Positions 10,367-22,929 of a stretch of 64,000 nucleotides of DNA are shown in pieces. The DNA is from Scyliorhinus canicula (Eukaryota): contig NC_052154.1 in the NCBI RefSeq assembly GCF_902713615.1, positions 81,323,072-81,387,071 of the forward strand, given 5' to 3'. A program made the position numbers and the translations under genes. Positions within the stretch are counted from its first letter, which is position 1, and every line of letters starts with the position of its first letter. Under the pieces are notes generated by a model. That model did not search any database, was not told where the DNA came from, and saw nothing but the letters and a program-made list of their open reading frames with translations.

Positions 10367-10660
10367 TCTGAGCAATGGGTTCAGTTGATGACTCTACAGT
10401 AACTGCGAGCTTGCAACTGTTGAGTACGGTTTTCGAGTTGTTTCCTGAGGTACGTCGCAATGACGTTAAACATCCTGTTAAACACCCAACTGCGGCTCAT
10501 CAATTATGATGCCTTTGTTGTCTTCGATTTTTACTTTCTGCACGAATACACTTTTGGAATTCCATGTGTTACTGGCAGGAAAGAGTAAAGGAAGGTTAAA
10601 AGTTTAACTAACACGGACTGTGTGTCAGTATTGTTCCCCTGACAAATTAGAGATTGAGTT
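10367..10660 (-). promoter_or_regulatory. Putative proximal promoter/5'UTR of the IgSF receptor
   Basis: Unique sequence directly upstream of the leader ATG. Contains Ets-like ACAGGATG (10471-10478), CTCAGGAAA (10441-10449) and a CRE half-site TGACG (10461); these short motifs are weak evidence. Confidence 0.3.
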
Positions 10661-10850
10661 ACATCAGGACATTCGGCCCGGCGTGTCCGTGCTGGCTCTC
10701 TGCAAAAGCAACTCAGTGGAGACCCACTTGCTATCGCAGCGTCCTATCCGGTTCCATTTTGACCGCCACGATGAACCTGCCTCCATCCCGCTCTCAGTCA
10801 GTGGATTCCAGATTCGAACAAGCTGCTAAGAAAACATCTTTTTCTCGACT
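10660..10850 (-). mobile_element. CR1 LINE 3' tail
   Basis: Reverse complement reads gttcgaatctggaatccactg...gagagccagcacggacacgccgggccgaatg, a CR1 3'UTR. Confidence 0.7.
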
Positions 10851-11399
10851 ACCTTTTGGTTATTTCCCTAATCACCGTAAATTGGCGCGTTGTAGAACAC
10901 CTCCGTGCAGATTTCCATCCCACTCCCCTTCCTCCCGCCCCGGACACGACTTGGTCAGCTCCATCAAATCCCTTCTCAAACTCCTGTTCTCCAAGAGGAA
11001 CGAGCACAGTTTATGGATTGTCTCTAGTGCTGTGTGAGAGTGATGGTGCACCGGTTTCTGCAAGAATTTCCGAAGCATGGCAGCTGACAGATGCCTGCTA
11101 ATCGAGGAACAATTGAAACTGGGGCTGGTGAAGAGACGAGGAATACTGTCATGCCGATATTTCGGACGTTTACCGGAATGGGGGAAATCACATAAGTAAT
11201 GTAGATGTGAAGCAGATGATGGAGCAAAAATGGGAACATACGAAAGCCCGAATCGAAGCAGATGAATTGTTCAGGCAGCACATGAGCACAACTCGTTTTC
11301 GGTGGATTTTTCTGCCCAATCTTCATGTAACCTTGTGTTGTACCACAATAATTGATAGCTAACCTGGTACATAAAATGAGCTAAAAGAATGATTTGGCC

Positions 11400-11960
11400 T
11401 CGATGAGGTTGAGCATCTTCAGTGTTAGAAGCTGCATTCATCCAGCAAGTAGACAGCTTCCATCAAAAGACTTGTACTTTGTAGAGGGTTGGGAGAAATT
11501 TGGGAGTCGGAGGGTGAGTTACTCGTAGCAAAATTCCTAAGCCTCTGATTTGATCCTGTAGCTACTGTATTCACATGGTCCAATTCAGTTTCCCGTAAAT
11601 TATGACAATTAGGATGCTGATAATGGGGAAATCAGTGATGGCAATCCCTTTGAATGTCATGGGGAGATTGTTATATCATAGCTTGTTGGAGGTAGCCATT
11701 GCCTTGCATGTGTGCGATGCATGTGTTACTTGCTACATCCCAATCCTAAATATTGCCCAAGTATTGCTGTATATGGACATGGATTGCTTCAGTATCTGAT
11801 GAGTTTCATGCAAGTTTCGAGCCCGCTGTGTTTCAGTGGATAGCATGCCAGCCTCCTAAGTTGAGTTCAAGTTCCACTCCAAAGCACAAAGATAGATCAA
11901 TGCCAACAATAATGGAGAGCTGCACACTTGGATGGGTTGTCTTTCCCGCGAGAATTTCAT
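11400..11960 (-). mobile_element. Old L2/CR1-group LINE fragment
   Basis: Decayed RT-like sequence resembling shark LINEs, from recall. Confidence 0.5.
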
Positions 11961-12342
11961 GCACTTATGAATGTAAAATATCCCATGTGTAGGTAAATTT
12001 AATTTAATAACTATATACAATTAGTTTGTACTTTAGTTATGGGCTTTAGTCAAATAATGGAAATATGTCAACCCAACATGTTTTATGCGGATTTCTGGGA
12101 CACTAGCTCATCACGTGAGTTGGTCTGAGCTTCACACTCAAAATTCACGTGGGAGAAAAAAATCATGGCCCTTAAGACAGTGATGCAAGATGTCAAAGTT
12201 GAACAATTAGTGGTGCTGAACCATCCACCTTACTCGCAATTAAAATATTAGCCCCATCCCTAAATTCAAATTCTTATTTTATAAAAAAAAACAAGTGTTA
12301 AAATATTCTCCCTTGTGCACTAAATTACTGCAGTTAATTTCT

Positions 12343-15300
12343 GGGACCGAATTCTTCATTTCTGAGCATGCAGAATTCGTGGAATTTCACGTCAGAAAAA
12401 TGGGTGCCACACGTGGACCGATTCCACTACAATGAAGCGGCTAGCACCGGTGCCGCGTGGAGCACAATTGATTCTAATGAAAAGCGGTGTGGGATTCGCC
12501 AGGTCCGTGATTGACGCTCTGGAGGCTGACAAGCTGCAGCCACACATTACACTCCCCATGCACACTTTTGCCAGCCAAAAAGATGGCACTGGATGTGCTC
12601 GAACACGCCCAGACGTGGGGCTCATGGGGCGGCTGGAGCCAGAGGGCATGGCTGCCTTTCTGGCTGTGGCAATGGTGCACCCCCCCCCCCCCATCCCACA
12701 GTGCACCTCCTGGCTAATCCCCACTATTCCACCGAGCCCTGGAATAAGCCCAGGCCAGCAACACAACTATCAGCGCACTATGGCAATGTTAGACACTTTC
12801 TGTATCCCCTCTCTCTCCCTAAGCAGCCACGCCAACCCCTCACCGATTCCGGAGAATGGTCGGGTCCTGGGCCCGCATGAACACAGCTGACGACCTGCAG
12901 CGGTCATGCTGTATGACATGGCATTGGCCATGCAGGGACGTGACCCACCATTCGTGATCCCAAAGTCCACCCCCTGGCCACCCCCCACCAGGCATCGCAA
13001 TGTCCCCCTGGCCAGCGGCACGGATCCTGGTCGAGTGTGGTGGTGCTGGACACAGTCCACGGCCGCCATGCCGGGTGCATGCACGGCTAAGACCACAGCT
13101 GTCATGCGCCATTGGGAACTCAACCCAAGTTTCCTTGGGGTGCTCCAGTTACCTCCCGCAGGTCGCGAAAGACGTATATGGAGGAGGGGTTCTGGTGTGA
13201 GGTGCTCCGGAGAGTGAACGCCTCCACCTCGTGCACAAGGTTGGGGCTGATACAACTGGAGGTGGTATACAGAGCACACCTCACGTGGGCGAGGATGAGC
13301 CGATTCTTTGATGGAGTAGAAGATGCGCGTGAATGTTGCGTGGGGTCGGGGGGGTGGGGGGTGTTTGTTCCTGTCCAAAGCTGGAGGATTACTAGAAGGA
13401 GGTTTTTAGGGTAATTTCTAAAGTGGTCCATGTGAAACTGGACCTGAGCCCCCGGGAGGCCATATTCAGGTTGTCGGACCAGCCAGGGTTGGAAGCGGGT
13501 GTGGAGGCAGATGTTGTTGCCTTTGCCTCATTGATCGCCAACAGGTGGATCCTGTTGGGATGGAGAGCAGCCTCTCCACGCTGTGCCCTGGCGTGGCCGG
13601 GGGACCTGTTGAAATTCTTGAATCTTGAGAAGGCTAAATTTGAACTGAAGGGAAAGATGGAGAGGTTCTACAATTCATGGGCATTATTCATTATCGAACA
13701 TTAGTTGGGAGGGGTGGGTGGGAGGGTTGTGGGGAGGGGGGCTGTGTGTGTTAATGGTGACTATGGGTGATACCTGATTCCTTTTTGTCATTTGTTTATG
13801 TGAACATGCGGGTTAATGTTTGGGGTTTGGTGGGAGGATGGGATCATTGTTACTGATATGACGATTGACATATTTGTTACTGATTATTGTTTCTTGTTGG
13901 TGGGTGTAAATTTGGGAGAAAATGTGAAAAAGGAGGAGAATAAAAATATTTTTAAAAAGCCCCGAAAGACGTGCTGTTAGGTAATATGGATATTCTGAAT
14001 TCTCTCTCTGTGTACCCGAACAGGTGCCGGAATGTGGAGACTAGGGGCTTTTCACAGTAACTTCATTGCAGTGTTAATGAGGCCTACTTGTGAAAGTAAA
14101 GATTATTATTATTATATGGCTGATGAGGGAGATAGAGGAGGTAGGACATAGAGAAGCATGACTATGGGCTGCCGTGCTGGACACTGACGGCGCTGGCTGG
14201 GGTGGAGAGGCCCTGCCAGGGCCGGGGTGGTGACAGGGGAATGGGCTGAGTGGCCAGGATGATGCCACAAGGGATTGGGGTTGTACCCCAGCCATGGACC
14301 GCCATTGCCACAGTCTGCAAGGCAACCTTTTTGCTGCGCACCCCACTGACCGCCTAACGTGGCCTCTGGTTCTGCAGAGTGACACCAGCCGTATGGCTGC
14401 TCCCAGCCCACCACACCCCACCCCTGCTCCCACCCCCACACCCCATGATTCGCCACACCCCCACTACCCAATTGGTCACCACCCAGTGGAGGGGCATCAG
14501 GCGGCTCACCCAGTGCAACACTCAATGTAGCCCCAATGGGGACACTGGGTAGGGGCCCTCAAGTGTACTGGTGGCAAGAGCAGCACCAGCTGACTGCACC
14601 CCAGTCAGCAGGGTTGGACGCCAGGGCCAGAGGCACACACAGTGCCGGACACCGACAGGGCCAGGGGTTTGGAGAAGTGGGGCATGTGGGGGCAGAGCCC
14701 ACAGTGCCAACCGGTGCCACCATGTAGCCTGTTGGACCTGGTTGGGCACGGGAGTGTGCACCATGCTAACATGTCGGCCTTTCACCCCCTGCAGACAACG
14801 GATATTGGAATTCAAACAGCAATAGTGGCCTTCCTGCTGGTCGCCTCAGCCCGGGATGATGCACTGCAGCTGGACAAGCTGGAGCTGCTTGAGGAGGAGG
14901 AAGCTGCAGCAGTGGAGTGGGCAGCAGCGGAGCCTTCCCCAGAGAAACGAGAGATATCCACCCATGATAGAGAGCCAGCTACCCAACAGGCCGAGGTGGT
15001 GCAAAGGAGGCACCGCAGATGACAGTCCGATCTACACAAACTTAAAGTGGTTCCACTCGATGAACGTGCAGCTGATATGTGACCATCAGATGCATATCAT
15101 GCATGTCTGCGCCCAATACCCAGATGGCACACTCGACTGGCCAGGGGCACAGACATTGCATCCCACCCGCACAACCCCCCTCGTCACCCCGCCCCCACCT
15201 GCAACCCTCTCCGTGGTACATGCCTGCCGAACTGCGGAGTTGAGAGCCCTGGTTGGCAGTAACACCAGGTCTGGTCCATGGGATGGAGGAAGATGACAAC

Positions 15301-16640
15301 TGGCTCTGTGATGAGCTGTGATGCTCCGCATCATATGACGACATCTGACTCCTGCCCAGGTTAGCTCTTTCCAGCTTTTACTTGGGTAATCCCTGCATGC
15401 GAGCTGGTCATTTTATCACACGGTGCCATCAGATCCCTGGGGGAACGGTAATGGAACTGTCGGGGGGGGGGGGGGGGGCACCCCAGCCCACCCCACCCCA
15501 CCCACAATGTCCACCCATCTCCCCCCCCCCCCTCCCCCCACCCCACTCCAACTTCCTCATCCACTGTCTGGCCAGCCCAGCCCAACTCACTGTGCACACC
15601 CATCTGACAGAACACCAAGGCAGGTTGCAACAGTATGAACAGGTGTTTAATGTGCACAGATATTTACAGATGCGTCCCCAGCCCCTATAACTAAACTGCC
15701 CTGCGCCCTTGACAACTTAAATTGTGTCTAACATTCTGGCCTTAGGGGCCCTAACGATACATCAAGGTGGATCCCCAGGGTGTGATGCCCACAATGCAAG
15801 CTGGTCGTCTTCTTGGGCTGCCCAGCCTGGATGGGCCGGGCTGCTGCTCAGTGTCCAAGGTGCAGCGGTGTTCCGGCACCTTGTGGGAGTCACTGGCACG
15901 GGACACATCACTTCCCTCGGAGTGCCCAAAGGCCCCGGGCTACTCCTTAGAAAGGGGCCTCGAGTGGACCTATTCCCTGAGCACCCCTTGCCACCTGGCG
16001 CTGCCAGTCCTGGAGGCCCGGTCTCGTCTTGACCAGGGTCTGCATGCTGATGGCCTTGAAGCACAGGGAGTGGATCATTGCCATCTGTAATTGTGCCACA
16101 TCTTGCTGTGACTGTGCCATCACTTTCTGGGATTGTGTCACATCAGCCAGTGAATGCGTCATCTCCGTCAGGACAGGGCCACCTCCTGCGTCATGTCGGC
16201 CAGTGCCTGGGCAATTACACCGCCTTTCCTAGCCATGGTCTGCTGTGACTGGGCCACACTCAGGAGCACTGCTGCAATTTCCAGGTGGCTCTGGGATATG
16301 ATCGCCTTTGAGGCGGCAACCCTGTACTGTGCCTCAGCCAGCGCCTGCACAGAATGCCCCAGGCCTTGGACATGCTGATCCATAGCTGAAACCAAAACTC
16401 CAAAGCCTCCACCCCGGACACCATGTAATGTTGGCCTGGGTGGCATGTATGGCCAGCACCACCTCCTGCTGCTGCATGTGATTGGACTCCTCCACCTGAG
16501 CCTGGAGCTGCTGGATGCCTGCCATCACCCCATCATGTAGTCCCTGGCTCTGTGACTGCATCTCCATGATCGATGGAACTGTCCCTTCCAGAAGCCTGAA
16601 ACACATCTGGACTGCAGCTAATTCCTGGGGTCAGCCCGCT
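12343..16640 (+). mobile_element. PIF/Harbinger DNA transposon remnant (transposase on +, second ORF on -) with nested L1 and SINE
   Basis: TIR-like start gggaccgaattcttc. HARBI1-type transposase pieces (IYTNLKWFHSMNVQLICDHQMHIMHVCAQYP, ~15010-15130) and coiled-coil minus-strand ORF remnants at about 15760-16610. Confidence 0.75.
13112..13957 (+). mobile_element. L1-clade 3' fragment with poly(A)-like end
   Basis: ORF2 C-terminus (WCEVLRRVNASTSCTRLGLIQLEVVYRAHLT; LLKFLNLEKAKF), 3'UTR and aataaaaatatttttaaaaa. Confidence 0.85.
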
Positions 16641-16650
16641 CAACGAACAA

Positions 16651-18844
16651 ATGGCTTTTAATCATCTGTTTTCTAGTCTTATATGTGCTGTAAGTTTTTT
16701 TCCCATTGGTTGTTTAATCTGTATTTTAATTTGGATTGCGGTTCAGATTTTAAACAGGTTTAAGCGTTAATTTGTTTGTTTTATCCTATGGAGCTCGTCG
16801 TCTATGGATACCTTTTGACATTTTGAGTTTACTTTATTATAGTGCATATTTCTAGCAGTGCACTGGATTATGAAAGTATGATGTGATTGCTGAGTGTGCA
16901 TATGCTAGTTTAATATATAGTTTAATTGTGGATTTGTAGGAACTCGATAGTCAGTTAAATGTGGACATTTTAATAATAATCTTTATTGTCACAAGTAGGC
17001 TTACATTACAATGAAGTTACTGTGAAAATCCCCTAGTCGCCACATTCCGGCACCTGTTCTGCTACACAGGGGGAGAATTCAAAATGTCCAATTCACCTAA
17101 CCAGCTCGTCTTTCGAGGCTTGTAAGAGGAAACCCATGCAGACACAGGGAGAACGTGCAATTTCCACACAGTCAGTGACCCAGCAAGGAATCGAACCTGT
17201 GAAGCCACAGTGCTAACCACTGTGCTACCATGTTGCCCGGTACACTGAAGAGAATAGAACCATAGAATCCCTACAATGAGGTGATTCGGCCTGTGGAGCC
17301 CACACCGACCCTGTAAAAGAGCACCCAACCTAGGCCCACTCACCTGCCCTATCCCGTAACCCACTAACCTGCAGATCTTTGGACACTAAGGGGCAATTTA
17401 GCATGGCCAATCTACCTAACCTGCACATTTTGGACTGCATGAGGAAACGGGAGCACCCGGAAGAAACCTACACAGACACGGGGAGAATGTGCGAACTCCA
17501 CACAATCACCAAATTGGACCAGGGTCCTTGGTGCTGTGTGGCAGCAATTTAAAATTAGTGTGAAATGTTTTCTAGTCTTATATGTGCTTAGCGTTGTCAC
17601 ATCACATCCGGATATTTAAAAAAACGCAAGAGGTCACCTGCTCTGGCGAGAAACAGTTTGAGATTTCCATTCACCACACAATAGGTAATGCAGATAACAT
17701 CAAGAATTGGACATTGGTTTAAATGCGGGGGGGGGGGGGGGGGGCTGTAAAGTAATTTAACCTATAATGATTGAATGAGAATAGTGGATTCTTTTTTACT
17801 TTGTATTAAGGGATTTTGCGGTTGCGGTGTTTTGTCTCGTTAAATAGCTGTAGCTGCGAGAGAATGCTGAGAATTAACTGTCTAGCTGTGAGAATCTATG
17901 TTTTACGTTTTATGCTTTTGTTTTATGTGAATGTTCATATGTTTGTTTATTCATTGGTTTGGGCTACATTGGCTACGGTTTTCTTCTGGGTAATTAACCT
18001 TATCTTGAGTTTATACCTAAGGGCATTTTGGAAGTATAGAAAACAGAAAAGCAAGAGCACTGATGTATTTTGGTTATCGTTGTTTTAAAGCACGTGCTGT
18101 ATTTCTCTGCTAGTATATGGATGATGTTTCTGTGCTTCAAACTTTAATGTTTTCCTGCCTGATAGTGTGATTTTGTGACAATAAATTCAGTGATTTAAGA
18201 CAAAAACTTAATGAAAGGGAAGTACGGTAATTTTTTTCTTCAAGTTATGAACCTGGAATCATATTACTGGCCTGAATCTTAATTGCAGGATATTTTGTTA
18301 TTAAACATGTGGGTATTTTAATCCGGATACAAATTCACGCCTGTGAGAATGAAATCATTTTAATCTAAGGGGTATTTGGAATTTGGGATATTTGAAATGA
18401 TTATGACCGATCCTGTGTTGGATTGATGTTGATTTTAAAAACTTTTGTGAGTTCTGGAGGGTTGTTCCTGACACAATTGTCACAATGAAAAAGAAATGTT
18501 GAGATTGGATAAAGAAAAAAAGTAAGTTTAAAAGGAACCGACTGTTATTAAATGTAAGTCACAGGCTGTATGTATTCTTGTTAGGTTAAAGTAAAAAAAA
18601 AACTCAGTAAAGTCCATCTGAGAACATTTGCTCCACCCCATTTCAAACCAACAGAGAATTCATTTTCACTGCTAACAGAAGAAGCTGCTCACAGCCGAAG
18701 ATGTATTTAAGTTTTACAGGAATTGTGAATTACAAAGTTTCTGAATCGTCCGGTCGGATATGTTCAGATGAATTCACCCGTTTTGCCCAAAGCAGAATAG
18801 ATATGTTTTGTTTTTCAGGTAACTGTAAGCAGAACAAGATTTGA
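16651..18844 (+). other. Speculative 3-exon small ORF (16651-16689,17576-17684,18720-18844), 90 aa
   Basis: Phase-compatible splice sites (gtaagt, gtaatg donors) and a signal-peptide-like N-terminus. No recognised homology. Confidence 0.2.
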
Positions 18845-19159
18845 AGTAGCTTCAAGACTTTAAGAATTTATCTGCAGATTTCAATACCACAGCAATAATC
18901 ATGGATGAAACGCTTTCTTTTTGAAACCTGTCCAAGCTATTTGTTAACCCCAGAACCAAGTGCTTGCATACAGGGAATCTGATGTAAACACATTGGCTAA
19001 TGAATATGCAACTTTAAAAAAAACTACCAAGCCTGGGTGCCAGAAATTGGAATTTATGGTTTAATTTTAATTTGTATGAGTTGGTAAACTACTAAGCTAT
19101 CAAAGACCTGAAATGTAAAAGAATTATATGAAAACAATAAAAAGACATATACGCATGGT

Positions 19160-19560
19160 CTAGGTGGTTTCTAGGTGGGAACATGCTAATGTAACTCCCC
19201 TATTCAAAAAGGGAGAGAGGCAAAATGTAGGAAGCTATAGACCAGTTAGCTTGACATCGGTAGTGTGGAAGTTGCTGGAATCAATCATTAAGGAGGAGGT
19301 GACTGAACATTTGGAAATACAAAGCTCAGTCCATCATTGTCAGCATGGTTTTACGAAGGGTAAGTCACCCTTGACAAACTTGCTTGAGTTCTTTGAGGAT
19401 GTAACCAGCAAGGTGGATAATAGGGAACCTGTAGATGTGGTATATCTAGACATCAAGAAGGCGGTTGACAAGGTGCCAACTAAAGAACTGATTCAGAAGG
19501 TGATATCGCAGGGGGATGGGGTCAGAATACTAGATTAGATTGAAGATTGGCTGATTGCAG
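19160..19560 (+). mobile_element. CR1 RT fragment
   Basis: ANVTPLFKKG..YRPVSLTSVV..QHGFTKGKS..VDVVYLD. Confidence 0.92.
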
Positions 19561-20031
19561 AAATCAGAGGTTTGGGTTAAAGTGACTTTTGACCTTTTAA
19601 ACTTTGTTTACTTGGAGATAAAGAAGGTATACATTAGTAATAAATGGGATTTCTTTTATTTTCAAACATTGTTTAACTGTTAAATGTGTACAATTTATTT
19701 TATGAAACTGAGGTACTTTAATACTATGGTATTAATAAATTTTGTTTTAATACTAAACAGCTGGCTTGTAATGCAGAACAAGACCAGCAGCGCGGGTTCA
19801 ATTCCCGTACCGGCCTCCCGAACAGGCACAAGAATGTGGCGACCAGGGGCTTTATACAGTAACTTCATTGAAGCCTACTTGTGACAATAAGCGATTATTA
19901 TTATATCCTTATTTGCATATGGAATCACTCCTGGAGCGAAGTATTTTTTTCTCACGGTTTTACAAATAAAATATAATTGTTGGGATCTCATCCAGTTTCC
20001 TAATATTAACTAGTGTCTGGTGCAAGATCAT

Positions 20032-20210
20032 AGGGGCTGGTTTAGCACACAGGGCTAAATTGTTGGCTTTTAAAGCAGACCAAGGCAGGCCAGCAGCACG
20101 GTTTGATTCCTGTACCAGCCTCCCCAAACAGGTGCCGGAATTTGACAACTAGGGGCTTTTCACAGTAACTTCATTTGAAGCCTACTTGTGACAATAAGCA
20201 ATTTTCATTT
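20032..20210 (+). mobile_element. SINE family with ggggctggtttagc head and gcgactaggggcttttcacagtaac tail
   Basis: Near-identical copies at about 19755-19905, 29268-29455(-), 34000-34180(-), 40356-40538 and 45783-45956(-). Confidence 0.88.
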
Positions 20211-20319
20211 TCGTAATATAATGCACTGAAGAATAGGTCTCAGGGAAGCTTAGAATTTGACAAACAGCATGCCATACAACTGTTTAAGTATGAACTATTC
20301 GTTTCTTGTAATATTAGAT

Positions 20320-21915
20320 AATATCTTTCCAAAAACTACAGTTAATGCAGAGGAACTTGGTGCAATAACCATCGCTATGGAGATGGTATTGCATACACTG
20401 ATGAGATTAAGGGCAGATAAGTCTCTCAGGCCTGATGGCCTGCCCCTGGGTATTAAGCGAGGTGGCAGCAGAGATCGTGGATGCATTGCTCATGACATTT
20501 CAGAATTGCCTGGATTCTGGAAGGGTCTCGGTGTATTTGAAACATGTTCATGTGATGCCACTATTCAAAAAGGGAGAGAAGCAACAAACAAGAAATGATA
20601 GACCAGTTAGCTTGACCTCTTTAGTGGGGAAGTTGCTGGAATCACTCATAAAGGAGCAGATGACTGAGCATTTGAAAAGACAAAGCTCAATCCACCATTG
20701 TCAGCATTGGTTTACAAAGGTCATGTTTGACAAACTTGATGGTGTTTTTTGAGGACGGAATCAGCAAGGTGGATAATGGGGAACCTGTAGATGTGGTACA
20801 TCTAGAATTCCAGAAGGCGTTTGACAAGGTGTTGCATAAAAGACCGATCCAGAAGGTGAGATTGCAGGGGATTGCACTATATTGGATTGAAGATTGGCTG
20901 ACTTCAGAAAGCAGAGGCTCAGGATAAATGGGTCCTTCTCTGGTTGGTGAAATGTAACCAGCTGGGTGCCACAGGGGTCAGTCCTCAGACCTCAACTGTT
21001 TATAATTTACATAAATGATCTGCAAACAGGAACAGAGAGTAACATAGAAAAATTTGTGGATGATACTAAAATAGGTGTGAAATCAGACAGTGAAGAGGAG
21101 ATAAAGATTTTGCAGATGTATATGGATATGCCAGGAGAATGGGCCAAAATTTGGCAAAATGGAGTTTAATGTAGATAAGTGTGAGGTTATCCATTTCGGC
21201 CAAAAAATAGAAAGGCAAATTACTATCTAAACGGAAAGCAGGTTCAAGATGCATCTGTACAGAGGCATCTGGGTGTCTTTGTTCATGAATCGCAGAAAGG
21301 TGAGATCGCAGGTACAACATGTAAAAGGACTGGAGTATAAAAGTAGAGAAGTATTGTTGCAATTGTATAGGGTACTTGTGACACCACATTTGGAGTATTT
21401 TGCCCAGTTTTTTTATTTGAGGAAGGATGTAGTGGCATTGGGGGCAGTTCAGAGGAAGTTCACCAGAATGATTCTGGGGATGAAAGGGTTGACATATGAG
21501 GAGAGATTAAACAGTTTGGCTTTATATTCACTGTAGTTTAGAAGGATGAGAGAGGATCTGATCGAGGTGCATAAAATACTAAAAGGAATTGATAAAGTAA
21601 ACGTAGACCAAATATTCCCCCTTGTGGGGCAATCTAGAATGAGAGGTCAAGGATTTAGGTTGAGATGTGGTAGATTTAGAATTGAGATGAGGAGGAACGA
21701 CTTCTCACAGAGGGTGGAGAATTTGTGGAACTCATTGCTCATATGCAGTGGCATCTGAGTCATTAAATGGTTTCAAGAAGGAGATAGATATATTTCTGAT
21801 TAAAAATGGGTTAAAGGGATATGGGATAAAGCTGGGAGGGTGGATTTGAGACGAAGGAGCTATCAGCCATGATCTGATTGAATGGCCGATCAGGTTCGAA
21901 CGGCTGAATTGCCTA
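20320..21915 (+). mobile_element. CR1 LINE 3' ~1.6 kb, frameshifted
   Basis: RT motifs (PQGSVLRPQLFIIYINDL, KFVDDTKI, LLQLYRVLVTPHLEY) and the CR1 3'UTR. Confidence 0.93.
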
Positions 21916-21969
21916 CGTCTGCTCCTAATTCCTAGTTTTTTTAAGATGGTTTAATGTTGTGGTATTAAT

Positions 21970-22206
21970 TTTTTTTTTTTTTTTTTTATAAATTTAGATT
22001 ACCCAATTATTTTTTCCAATTAAGGGGCAATTTAGCGTGGCCAATCCACCTACTCTGCACATTTTTTGGGTTGTGGGGGCGAAACCCACGCAGACACGGG
22101 GAGAATGTGCAAACTCCACACGGACAGTGACCCAGAGCCGGGATCGAACCTGGGACCTCAGCGCCGTGAGGCAGCTGTGCTAACCACTAGGCCACCGTGC
22201 TGCCCT
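21970..22206 (-). mobile_element. Poly(A)-tailed tRNA-SINE with a 16-bp TSD
   Basis: Perfect TSD atgttgtggtattaat at 21954-21969 and 22207-22222; T-run tail on +. Similar copies at about 23185-23355, 26085-26290, 29500-29724 and 37428-37660. Confidence 0.93.
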
Positions 22207-22244
22207 ATGTTGTGGTATTAATAAAGTTTGTTTTAATACACCTT

Positions 22245-22924
22245 GGGTGGGATTCTCTCAGCCCGGGGGCGGGCCAAAGAATCACCGCGACCGGTGCGAA
22301 ACACGCCACGCCGCCCCGCGCCAGGACGCGATTCTCTGCAGAGCATAGAATCTGCGCCATTGGTGCTGGAGCAGCGCCAGTCGGGGGCCGCTCTACGGGG
22401 CCCTTCTGGCGATTCTCCACCCAGGATAGGCTGATCAGCCGTATCGAAAAACCCGAGTCCCACTGGCGCCGTTCTAACCTGCTCTTAAGGTCCGGGGGCG
22501 GCCTGTGGGGGGGGAGGGGGGGTCAAACCCCGATGGGGGGGTCAAACCCCGAGGGGGGGCCTCCGCTGTGGCCTGGCCTGTGATTCGGGCCCACCAATCA
22601 GCGGGCCGGCCTCTCGAACTGGGGGCCTCCTTTCTTCCGCGCCGGCCCCTGTAGCACTACGCCATGTTGCGTCGGGGCCAGCGAGGAGGAGGGAGCCACT
22701 GCGCATGTGCGCGTTGGCGCCAGTGCAACTGCGCATGTGTGGACCCTGTGGCACTCAGTTGGCGCCGGGATTAGCAGCTGGAGCGGCGTGAGTCGCTCCA
22801 GTGCCGTGCTGGCCCCATGAAGGGGCCAGAATTGCTCATCCTGAGGCCATGTTGACGCCGTCTGGAAATGCGACGGCATTTACAATGGCGTCAAAACTTT
22901 GCCTCAGGATCAGAGAATCTCGCT
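22245..22924. mobile_element. Harbinger-type MITE
   Basis: Imperfect TIRs gggtgggattctctcag / cagagaatctcgct; GC-rich interior. Confidence 0.7.
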
Positions 22925-22929
22925 ATGGG

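Noticed and set aside
10856-11101. ORFs upstream of the leader as further receptor exons
   Set aside because: Stops in the splice-compatible frame; adjacent sequence is a CR1 tail.
17816-18088. Hydrophobic ORF with a basic tail (TM-like)
   Set aside because: T-rich DNA gives such translations by chance; non-ATG start and no splice support.
16650-19150. snoRNA host-gene introns
   Set aside because: No properly paired C (RUGAUGA) and D (CUGA) boxes with a terminal stem were found.
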